Below, piece by piece: positions 24,547 to 32,000 of a stretch of 32,000 nucleotides of DNA. The DNA is taken from contig JAIUPJ010000001.1 in the NCBI GenBank assembly GCA_020160975.1, forward strand, positions 120,001-152,000, read 5' to 3'. A program made the translations under genes and the position numbers. The stretch comes from Candidatus Saccharimonadota bacterium. Its GTDB lineage: Bacteria; Patescibacteriota; Saccharimonadia; Saccharimonadales; Saccharimonadaceae. Every line of letters begins with the position of its first letter. Position 1 is the first letter of the stretch. The notes under the pieces are model-generated. The model did not search any database and had not been told where the DNA came from. It saw only the letters and a list, made by a program, of their open reading frames with translations.

Positions 24547-27500
24547 ATGACCAACTTTTCTTCACGCTACAAAAACCTGAATGCCGCTCAAAAACAAGCA
24601 GTCGACACTATTGATGGGCCGCTACTGGTGATTGCTGGGCCCGGGACAGGCAAGACAGAATTGCTTAGCATGCGTACGGCCAACATATTGCAAAAGACCG
24701 ACACACTACCGGAAAATATCTTGTGCTTGACCTTTACGGATAGCGGCGCGACCGCCATGCGAGAGCGTCTCAGTCAAATCATCGGCCCGGCTGCCTACAA
24801 AGTCGCCATCCACACCTTCCACAGCTTTGGCACAGAAGTCATCAACCAAAACAACCAGTACTTTTACCAAGGCGCCAACTTCAAGCCAGCCGACGAGTTG
24901 GCGCAGTACGAAATCTTGACTAGTATCTTCGACGAACTAGACTATACCAACCCATTGGCCAGCAAGCTGGGCGACGAATACACTCACCGACGTGATGCTG
25001 CACGGATTATCAGCGAGCTGAAGCAAGCTGGGCTGACGAGTGACGAGCTACTGGCGATTATTCAGGCCAACGAAACTGTGCTCGATGCCGTCGAGCCAGA
25101 CCTGATGCGTATTTTTGCTGAAAAAATCAGCACTACCATGCTGACACATCTGGTGCCGCTGGCCCAAAAAGTCGCCGCGCTGGTGCAACCAAATCTGCCG
25201 CCCGGCATCACGCCGCTGGCAAATGTCCTGGCACTCAGCATGGCGCACGCCTTTGACGCAGCGGTCGAAACCGGCAAGACCAACGCACTTACCGCTTGGC
25301 GCAACCAATGGATGGAAAAAAATGAATCAGGTGAATTTGTATTCAAGGATCGCAAGCGCTACATAAAGCTGCGTGCCATGAGCCACGTGTACTACTCGTA
25401 CCTCACTCGCATGGAGCAAGCCGGACTGTACGATTACGACGACATGATCTTGAACGTTATCCATGCCATGGAGCTACACAAAGACCTGTCCTATAACTTG
25501 CAGGAAAAGTATCACTATATTCTGGTGGATGAATTTCAAGACACCAACTTGGCACAGCTACGTATTCTATTTGACCTGACCAGCAGCGTGACGGGTGATG
25601 CGCCAAATATCATGGCTGTCGGCGATGACGACCAGGCGATTTACAGCTTTCAAGGGGCAGATGTCAATAATATTCATCGCTTCGCCGCACAATACCCAGG
25701 GTTTCATAGTATAGTGCTGACCGACAATTATCGTTCAGCGAGCACAATTCTTGAATCTGCACGTACTGTCATAACGCAGGGAGGTGACCGACTAGAGCAA
25801 ACAATGGGGCTTAACAAAAAGCTCACTGCTCATGCTAGTCCAGACAATCCTTTTGTCTGCTTGCACGAACTGAGCCATACCAGCAATGAAAGAAGCTGGA
25901 TTGCCAAAAAAATCAAAGAACGTATCGCTGCTGGCACCGCTCCAGACTCAATTGCGATACTGGCAAGACGCCACCAAGAACTTATTGCGCTCGCCCCTTA
26001 TCTTGTCGATGCGGGCATCCCGATCCGCTATGAGCGTCGTGAAAATATTCTTGATTCTCCAGTGGTTCAGACACTTGAACTTATTGCACGGGTAGTTGTC
26101 GCGATCGCCGAAAGTAACCATAGCGAGACTAACTCTCAATTACCCGAGCTCCTCGCTCACCCAATGTATGGGTTTACGCCCGAATCAATCTGGCGCCTTA
26201 GTATTACAAGTGCGCGCAATCACCTAAGTTGGCTTGAGACAATGATAGCAAGTACAGAATTTAAGCCATTTTCTGAATGGCTCATCACTCAGGCGGCGTC
26301 GATTGCTCGTGAACCGCTCGAACTAGTAATCGACCGATTGATTGGGCTTCCAAGCGATACCGTAGGTAATGAAGTTGTTGGCTTTCGTTCACCGTTTTAT
26401 CACTACTATTTTGGTGAAGAATCAAAGAACACTCATGCTCAGCACTACATTGAAGCGCTCGAATCTCTTCGTACAATGCGCGACCATTTACGTGAATACA
26501 AGCCAGATCAACTGCTTTTGTTGACAGATCTGCTTGATTTCATTGACGCACATCGACAGTTAGGCACGCGAATTACCAGTGTTCAGCGCATAAACACAGC
26601 CGATGCCGCGGTACAACTCATGACCGCTCACAAGTCAAAAGGACTTGAGTTTGACCATATCTACGTGATCGGTGCAATTGATAGCGCCTGGGGAGAACGA
26701 GTTCGAAGTCGTAGCCGCCTCATTGGCTATCCTGCGAACCTCCCACTTGCCCCAAGCGGAGGCAGCTACGATGAGCGCCTGCGATTGTTCTATGTTGCAA
26801 TGACTCGGGCAAAACAGAGTCTGACAGTGACCTACAGTGCAGCCGATGACCTGGAGAGGACGCAACTGCTTGCAAGCTTTTTGACCGATACCGGACTTCA
26901 CCCAATCAAGGAGGTGCACACAAAAACAACACGCGAGTTGGTTCGAGATCAAGAAATTGCATGGCATGACCGACTAACCGCACATCCGACTTCTTCTATG
27001 AACGATTTAGTACGGCCAATTCTCGATACTTACAAATTATCAATCACTCATCTAAATAACTTTATCGATATTTCGCGTGGTGGTCCAACTCACTTTCTTC
27101 TCAGTAATCTTTTGCGTTTTCCTCAGGCAAAAAGCGCCAATGCGGCCTATGGTACGGTAATTCATCGTACACTTCAAAAAGCCCACAATCATCTAAGCGC
27201 AACGGGTGAACGTCGCCCGGTTGAAGACGTGCTGGGAGATTTTGTCGCCGAACTCCACGACCAACACCTCTCTCGCGACGACGAGCTTCTCTATGCCAAG
27301 CGCGGCGCCGATAGTCTCAACGTATTTCTACGTAATTGCTACGACGGCTTTCTCCCTGGACAAAAAACAGAGCTGAATTTTGCAAATCAAGGTGTCGTGA
27401 TCAACGAGGCAAGACTGACTGGGGCACTTGACGTCGTGACGCTTGAGGGGCAAGAGATAGTGGTAACAGACTACAAAACAGGCAAACCGTCCCGCGACTG

Positions 27501-27831
27501 GCAGGGAAAGACCGACTGGGAGAAGATAAAGCTCCACAAATATCGTCAACAATTGATGTTTTACCAGCTTTTGACTGAGCATTCGAGAGATTATAGCAAA
27601 TACGATTTCCAGCGCGGAGTCTTGCAGTTTGTCGAACCCGATGCCGCAGGGCGCATCCACGCACTCGATGCCAGCTTCACCCGCGAAGAACTAGTTGATT
27701 TTGCAAAACTGCTTGGTGCCGTCTGGCAATCCATCATGAAACTTGATTTTCCCGATATCAGTGACTATGACCCAACCTTCAAGGGAATGTTGCAATTTGA
27801 AGCAGATCTTATTGACAAATACGGTTATTAA
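24547..27831 (+). CDS. UvrD/PcrA-type superfamily 1 helicase fused to a C-terminal PD-(D/E)xK (RecB/AddB/Cas4-like) nuclease domain
   Basis: Q-motif LNAAQKQAV, Walker A AGPGTGKT, motif II VDEFQDTN, TAHKSKGLEF and YVAMTRAK. C-terminal GALDVVTL..IVVTDYKTGK..YRQQLMFYQLL nuclease core. TATAAT lies 8 nt before the ATG. Confidence 0.9.
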   Translation: MTNFSSRYKNLNAAQKQAVDTIDGPLLVIAGPGTGKTELLSMRTANILQKTDTLPENILCLTFTDSGATAMRERLSQIIGPAAYKVAIHTFHSFGTEVINQNNQYFYQGANFKPADELAQYEILTSIFDELDYTNPLASKLGDEYTHRRDAARIISELKQAGLTSDELLAIIQANETVLDAVEPDLMRIFAEKISTTMLTHLVPLAQKVAALVQPNLPPGITPLANVLALSMAHAFDAAVETGKTNALTAWRNQWMEKNESGEFVFKDRKRYIKLRAMSHVYYSYLTRMEQAGLYDYDDMILNVIHAMELHKDLSYNLQEKYHYILVDEFQDTNLAQLRILFDLTSSVTGDAPNIMAVGDDDQAIYSFQGADVNNIHRFAAQYPGFHSIVLTDNYRSASTILESARTVITQGGDRLEQTMGLNKKLTAHASPDNPFVCLHELSHTSNERSWIAKKIKERIAAGTAPDSIAILARRHQELIALAPYLVDAGIPIRYERRENILDSPVVQTLELIARVVVAIAESNHSETNSQLPELLAHPMYGFTPESIWRLSITSARNHLSWLETMIASTEFKPFSEWLITQAASIAREPLELVIDRLIGLPSDTVGNEVVGFRSPFYHYYFGEESKNTHAQHYIEALESLRTMRDHLREYKPDQLLLLTDLLDFIDAHRQLGTRITSVQRINTADAAVQLMTAHKSKGLEFDHIYVIGAIDSAWGERVRSRSRLIGYPANLPLAPSGGSYDERLRLFYVAMTRAKQSLTVTYSAADDLERTQLLASFLTDTGLHPIKEVHTKTTRELVRDQEIAWHDRLTAHPTSSMNDLVRPILDTYKLSITHLNNFIDISRGGPTHFLLSNLLRFPQAKSANAAYGTVIHRTLQKAHNHLSATGERRPVEDVLGDFVAELHDQHLSRDDELLYAKRGADSLNVFLRNCYDGFLPGQKTELNFANQGVVINEARLTGALDVVTLEGQEIVVTDYKTGKPSRDWQGKTDWEKIKLHKYRQQLMFYQLLTEHSRDYSKYDFQRGVLQFVEPDAAGRIHALDASFTREELVDFAKLLGAVWQSIMKLDFPDISDYDPTFKGMLQFEADLIDKYGY

Positions 27832-27840
27832 GACTATGAT
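27812..27840 (+). promoter_or_regulatory. Near-consensus promoter for candidate ncRNA C, embedded in the helicase 3' end
   Basis: TTGACA (27812-27817), 17-nt spacer, TATGAT (27835-27840). Confidence 0.7.
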
Positions 27841-27847
27841 ATCATTT

Positions 27848-28432
27848 AGTCGCGAGGGAATTACCCTAGCAACGAACACCTCGAAAGGGTGAGCACATTG
27901 GCACATGGAGGTAACGAAGGCGAAGCCCGACAGAGGGCTCACGATGCCTACAAGGCCGCCTTGGAGAGCGACCCGAGAGGCGCGTCCGAGGACACGAAGC
28001 AGCTGAAGGCGGCCCTCGATGCAGCCGCCGCTCGCGAGAACGAAGCGAAGGGAACACCCGGCCAGCGGAGGTACTGAGGCGGCCACGATTGCCGTGAGGC
28101 AACCGTACGAAAGCTCGGGATGCGGCAGTAGCCGGCACGTGGACGCACGGAGGGTACAACCCCTACATCCCAACCAATCTTCTCCTGGGCCAACACACCC
28201 CCATGTGGTCCGGGAGAAGGGGGCAAGTGCATCGAGGGCAGGGCCCCTGCACTTCTGGAGAGCTGCCGTGTCCCCCATTGGCAGGCTCCCAGCACCCCGC
28301 TGCCAGCGCTCCAGTCGCTCGGCAGCGGGGTGGCCCAACAACACACCCTAGGCCAGTACTTGGCGCTCCCACCAGCGCTTCGAGGAACACCTCACCCTTA
28401 TAGCCGTCTCTTCATTGAGGCGGCTTATTCAA
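27848..28432 (+). ncRNA. Candidate large structured ncRNA C (about 585 nt), class unknown
   Basis: Sampled 60-nt lines are 67-72% G+C, against 32% in a sampled helicase line. Perfect long stems: GGCCGCCTT/AAGGCGGCC within 27952-28013, CCCCGCTGCC/GGCAGCGGGG at 28295-28330 and AAGTGCA/TGCACTT. GNRA loops TTGCC-GTGA-GGCAA and CACCTC-GAAA-GGGTG. Terminator-like AGCCGTCTC-TTCATT-GAGGCGGCT at 28402-28425. Confidence 0.55.
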
Positions 28433-28450
28433 TTGTCATTGTTCTCATGC

Positions 28451-28478
28451 TTGTGACTGCAGCAGAATCTGCTATGAT
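28451..28478 (+). promoter_or_regulatory. Promoter for candidate ncRNA D
   Basis: TTGTGA (28451-28456), 16-nt spacer, extended -10 TGCTATGAT (28470-28478). Confidence 0.6.
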
Positions 28479-28484
28479 ATAGCT

Positions 28485-28852
28485 AAGTTGGCAGAGCTGT
28501 AGGGCACCCTCTACGCCTAGACCCGCTGTATCGGTAGATACAAAAAAAGCCCCGTTCTCGAGTACCTTTCATGAGAGGTGAGCGGTGAAGGTAGAGGAGG
28601 TGTTGCCCGCGCGCCCAAGATCCTACCTGAAGAGAGCAGCACCTGGCAGACTCCCCAAAGAACTGCTGGTTGAAACAGGCGCGCTCGACGCCTCTGCACT
28701 CTCTTTTCTGGCCTGACGAGCCACGAAATCGTCAAAGGCTGTATGGCACAGTGGACAGCGTATCAGCGTGCCAAGCTGAAGGTGTGACTTTGATCATCGC
28801 CACAGCCACCCGCCCTCGTCTCGTGTGTACACATGCGTGACGAGGGCTTTTC
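28485..28852 (+). ncRNA. Candidate structured ncRNA D (about 370 nt), class unknown
   Basis: Lies between the promoter and a strong terminator: GCCCTCGTC (28812-28820) / GACGAGGGC (28839-28847) followed by TTTTCC. G+C-rich with internal hairpins such as GACGA-GCCACGAAA-TCGTC. No credible ORF. The dus-like gene has its own -10 further downstream. Confidence 0.5.
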
Positions 28853-28943
28853 CTATTCAGAACCCTGGCACTAAAGGCTAAAGCTATCGTACCATTAACA
28901 AAACTTAGAACTTAGAACCATTGTGCGATATAATAGGCAGGTT

Positions 28944-30134
28944 ATGTCAAACTTCTGGCTCGACCTCCCAAACCCTTTCTTCGTGCTCGCCCCTATGGAA
29001 GCCGTCACTGATGTTGTATTTCGCCATGTCGTCGCGCAGGCCGGGCGACCAGATGTCTATTTCACCGAATTTACCAATGCTACCGGGTGGTTCCGCGCCG
29101 GCAACAAAGCTATCGGGGGGAGACTCGTCAAGACTGATGACGAGAGCCTCATCGTTGCGCAACTGTGGGGCAGCGACCCCGAGGCGATGGCCGCGCTCAG
29201 CCAACACTGCGCCGAGCTTGGCTATGACGGTATCGACATCAACATGGGTTGCCCCGATCAATCCGCAATCAAGGGCGGTGGGGGAGCCGATATGATCCGC
29301 AATCCTGATCGCGCCGCTGCCATCATTGCGGCTGCCAAAACCAGCGGTCTACCCGTCAGTGTCAAAACTCGGCTTGGCTACACCTACGTTCACGAGTGGC
29401 GTGAGTGGCTGACATTTCTGCTCCGCCAAGACATCGCCGCACTGACTATCCACCTCCGTACCAAAAAAGAAATGAGCAAAGTACCTGCGCATTTTGAATT
29501 GATCGACGACATCAAAGCTCTTCGCGACGAAATCTCGCCGGGGACACCGCTTATCGTCAACGGCGATATTGTCGACCGCGCGCATGGCGAAGATTTAGCG
29601 GCACAGCACGGTATCGATGGCGTGATGATCGGCCGGGGCGTTTTTGCTAATCCATTTTGCTTTACGCAGAATGCAAAAAGAGAGATGCAGCATGCGACAA
29701 AGGAAAAAACTCAACGACATCCTTTTATACAGTCGAAACCTCGACCTGTCGCTCACTCTATTGAAGCATCTGCTCAAACCCGCGAGATGAGTGAGGCGTT
29801 TTCATTACGAAGCGAGTACCGCCTGAGCGGAGCAAGTCACGCAACGCCCAACGAAAGTGACAAACAAGACTCTCGGCATACAGAATCCACTGAAAAAGAT
29901 GTTAGTGACAGTGCTGAGTCAGTTAGCCATAAAAGGCAACTTATCGATCTGCTTCATTTCCACCTCGATCAATTTGATTATTATCAGCCGCAGATGGGTC
30001 GGCCATTTGAAACGCTCAAGCGCTTTTTCAAAATCTATATCAGAGACTTCGATGGCGCCAGCGACCTCCGCGACCAACTGATGCACTGCACAAGCACCAA
30101 CGAAGTTCGCCGCATCCTCAGTAACCATCGTTAG
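28944..30134 (+). CDS. tRNA-dihydrouridine synthase (Dus family) with a long polar insertion
   Basis: FFVLAPMEAVTDVVFRHV, AQLWGSDPE, GIDINMGCP (catalytic Cys), IHLRT and VNGDI..GVMIGRG. ATG 28944 is preferred over the track GTG at 28923. TATAAT lies 9 nt upstream. Confidence 0.85.
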   Translation: MSNFWLDLPNPFFVLAPMEAVTDVVFRHVVAQAGRPDVYFTEFTNATGWFRAGNKAIGGRLVKTDDESLIVAQLWGSDPEAMAALSQHCAELGYDGIDINMGCPDQSAIKGGGGADMIRNPDRAAAIIAAAKTSGLPVSVKTRLGYTYVHEWREWLTFLLRQDIAALTIHLRTKKEMSKVPAHFELIDDIKALRDEISPGTPLIVNGDIVDRAHGEDLAAQHGIDGVMIGRGVFANPFCFTQNAKREMQHATKEKTQRHPFIQSKPRPVAHSIEASAQTREMSEAFSLRSEYRLSGASHATPNESDKQDSRHTESTEKDVSDSAESVSHKRQLIDLLHFHLDQFDYYQPQMGRPFETLKRFFKIYIRDFDGASDLRDQLMHCTSTNEVRRILSNHR

Positions 30135-30354
30135 CTCTGACATACACCCTGCCATCCATCCACTACTCATCCATTTGTCCTACCCTCCGCCGATTGATCG
30201 ATCCAGATCAATGTTATGTACAATTTTCTATGACGGCCATCACAAAAAGTGATACAAATTGTGGCATGATGTAGTTCCTATAAGAGAGCAAAGATGGTCT
30301 TGATAATGTAAATAATTTCGACAGGCTCGATAGGTACGCTGTGAGGTACGCGCG

Positions 30355-30780
30355 TTAGCGACGGCGGTGTCGTCGTTGCAAATCAGCTACCTTGAGGCGG
30401 ACGGCGTGACGATCCACCAGTTGATGGGCCTTCTCGAGCTCTACTTGATCACTGGCGGCATCGCGCAGTTGTAGGGCACGGTCGAGTGCCGCCTGGGTCT
30501 CAGCCTCGACAATGTCTTCGCCGTGCTCCGCTTCATTGACTAGCACGCGCACGCGTGAGCTGTTGATCTCGACGATACCTCCACTAATTGCAAACAACTC
30601 TAGCTGGCTATCGCTATCTTGCTTGTTCCGCCGCACCATGACGACTCCCGGTTTCGCCACGGTTACGAGATCTTCGTGACCAGGAAATATCGAAATTTCA
30701 CCGTCTTTGGTTGGCAACATAACTTCGTAGACATTTTCATTGATTTTTGTCCCGGACAGGGTGATAAGCTCAAGATCCAT
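30355..30780 (-). CDS. atpC: F-type ATP synthase subunit epsilon
   Basis: MDLELITLSGTKINENVYEVMLPTKDGEISIFPGHEDLVTVAKPG.. is a typical epsilon beta-sandwich followed by a C-terminal helical hairpin. Confidence 0.9.
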   Translation of the reverse strand: MDLELITLSGTKINENVYEVMLPTKDGEISIFPGHEDLVTVAKPGVVMVRRNKQDSDSQLELFAISGGIVEINSSRVRVLVNEAEHGEDIVEAETQAALDRALQLRDAASDQVELEKAHQLVDRHAVRLKVADLQRRHRRR

Positions 30781-30796
30781 ATAGTTCTATGATAGC

Positions 30797-30821
30797 AGAA
30801 AACCCCTCGGCGAGCGAGGGG
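30797..30821 (-). terminator. Intrinsic terminator after the inserted membrane gene
   Basis: On the minus strand: CCCCTCG-CTCGC-CGAGGGG followed by TTTTC (plus-strand stems at 30803-30809 and 30815-30821). Confidence 0.65.
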
Positions 30822-30907
30822 TACGAAAAGGAGTGAGACAGGGGCGGCGGGGGGCTGTGCACAGATGACGGATGTCACCGCGCACAGCCCCCATGCATCT
30901 GCTGGTG

Positions 30908-31213
30908 CTAGAAGCCGTGGAAGCCATACACCAGCATGGCGGCGAAGATGCCCCACAGCAGCACACTGCCGATCAACCCGAGCCAGAAATAACGGCCCAA
31001 GTGAATGGCCCAGCTACCGCACTGGACAGCACCGAACAACAGATACGCCCCCAGCCCCCACCAGAAGCCACCGATGGCCGCCGCGAAGATGGTCATCAGG
31101 ATACCCACCAGGGTGGCGATGATCGGGATGACAAGGTCAATCTTCTCGTCCTCATCTTCCACGTACAGGTGCGTACGCTCGGTGACAGTGAACGGGTCGG
31201 GACGATGCTCCAT
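30908..31213 (-). CDS. G+C-rich small membrane protein (101 aa, about 3 TM) between atpD and atpC
   Basis: AAGGAG SD 6 nt before the ATG. Acidic N-terminus followed by three hydrophobic segments. Own TGGTATAAT promoter (complement of 31265-31273). Confidence 0.65.
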   Translation of the reverse strand: MEHRPDPFTVTERTHLYVEDEDEKIDLVIPIIATLVGILMTIFAAAIGGFWWGLGAYLLFGAVQCGSWAIHLGRYFWLGLIGSVLLWGIFAAMLVYGFHGF

Positions 31214-31281
31214 CTCAAACTCCTTACGATAGGTTCGACCTGAAGTAATCAGGTATCAATCATCATTATACCATACTTAAC

Positions 31282-31316
31282 AAAAAAATACAAGTGCGCC
31301 CTGATCGCACTTGTAT
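31282..31316 (-). terminator. Strong intrinsic terminator immediately after atpD
   Basis: On the minus strand: ATACAAGTGCG-ATCAGGG-CGCACTTGTAT followed by TTTTTTT (plus-strand A run at 31282-31288). Confidence 0.85.
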
Positions 31317-31338
31317 TTCGTCACCGCAAAGGGAGAGG

Positions 31339-32000
<662 letters not shown>

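Noticed and set aside
27889-28077. 62-aa GTG-initiated ORF (MSTLAHGGNEGEARQRAHDAYKAALESDPRG...) at the 5' end of RNA C, which looks mildly helical and protein-like
   Set aside because: The GTG directly abuts a hairpin with no SD spacing. The region is spanned by perfect 6- and 9-bp stems, and the composition follows from a purine-rich strand. It cannot be fully excluded without conservation or ribosome-profiling data.
27691-28403. Stack of long ORFs on both strands (217, 132, 110, 97, 75 and 66 aa) in the G+C-rich island after the helicase
   Set aside because: They mutually overlap in several frames and their translations are R/P/G/C/W-rich with no motifs. One runs antisense into the helicase 3' end. 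There are no SD or start contexts. This pattern is typical of stop-codon depletion in G+C-rich non-coding sequence.
28713-28733. CTGACGAG..CGAAA string in RNA D resembling the hammerhead ribozyme core (CUGANGA ... GAAA)
   Set aside because: Only 5 nt separate the two boxes, so stem II cannot form. No UH cleavage site or stem I/III context was found.
23886-28852. Possibility that RNAs B, C or D are the genome's RNase P RNA, tmRNA, 6S or SRP RNA
   Set aside because: I searched both strands by eye for GAGGAAAGTCC / ACAGAA..GGCTTA, tmRNA termini and the SRP helix 8 motif. Only a loose GTCCGAGGACACGAAGCAGCTGAAGG resemblance appears in RNA C, within a 585-nt RNA of the wrong size. This is not decisive without cmscan.
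28904-28918. Short tandem repeat ACTTAGAACTTAGAA upstream of the dus-like gene, and a CTCAGAA repeat in cysS
   Set aside because: There are only two copies of a 7-mer. This is not a CRISPR or a meaningful satellite. The first probably just contributes a TTAGAA -35-like box.

Overview
The window is a densely packed, mostly housekeeping bacterial segment with mid-range G+C. Gene order is dnaX, dnaB, a polytopic membrane protein, ybaB, recR, an nrnA-like DHH phosphoesterase, cysS, an AI-2E-type permease, a SulP/STAS transporter, tRNA-Gln(UUG), an Erm/KsgA-like methyltransferase, two type IV pilin-like genes, DUF937-like and DUF4332-like proteins, phosphoketolase plus acetate kinase, an NRAMP-family transporter, a RumA/TrmA-type RNA methyltransferase, a 1094-aa UvrD-helicase/PD-(D/E)xK-nuclease fusion, a Dus-family enzyme, atpC and the 3' part of atpD. 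The gene content and compact style suggest a reduced-genome bacterium, possibly a Saccharibacteria/CPR-like lineage; this is inference only. The most unusual content is non-coding. Four G+C-rich islands (about 19.73-20.05 kb, 23.89-24.39 kb, 27.85-28.43 kb and 28.49-28.85 kb) each sit behind a near-consensus sigma70-type promoter and end in an intrinsic terminator. They are full of perfect hairpins with GNRA or UUCG tetraloops and carry only implausible overlapping ORFs on both strands. Three of them bracket the helicase-nuclease gene. I could not match any of them to RNase P, tmRNA, SRP RNA, a tRNA or a riboswitch class by eye, so I flag this locus as the best candidate for an undescribed RNA-centred system. 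Other observations: a tRNA-Gln precursor leader holding a split pseudo-copy of the tRNA 5' half, a SulP-STAS-nucleotidyltransferase fusion, a CysRS with a degenerate HIGH motif and a low-complexity insert, a RecR lacking its Cys4 zinc finger, an NRAMP with a non-canonical metal site, many -10 boxes 6-10 nt from start codons (leaderless-type initiation), and an atpD/atpC pair split by a G+C-rich membrane gene with its own promoter and terminators.
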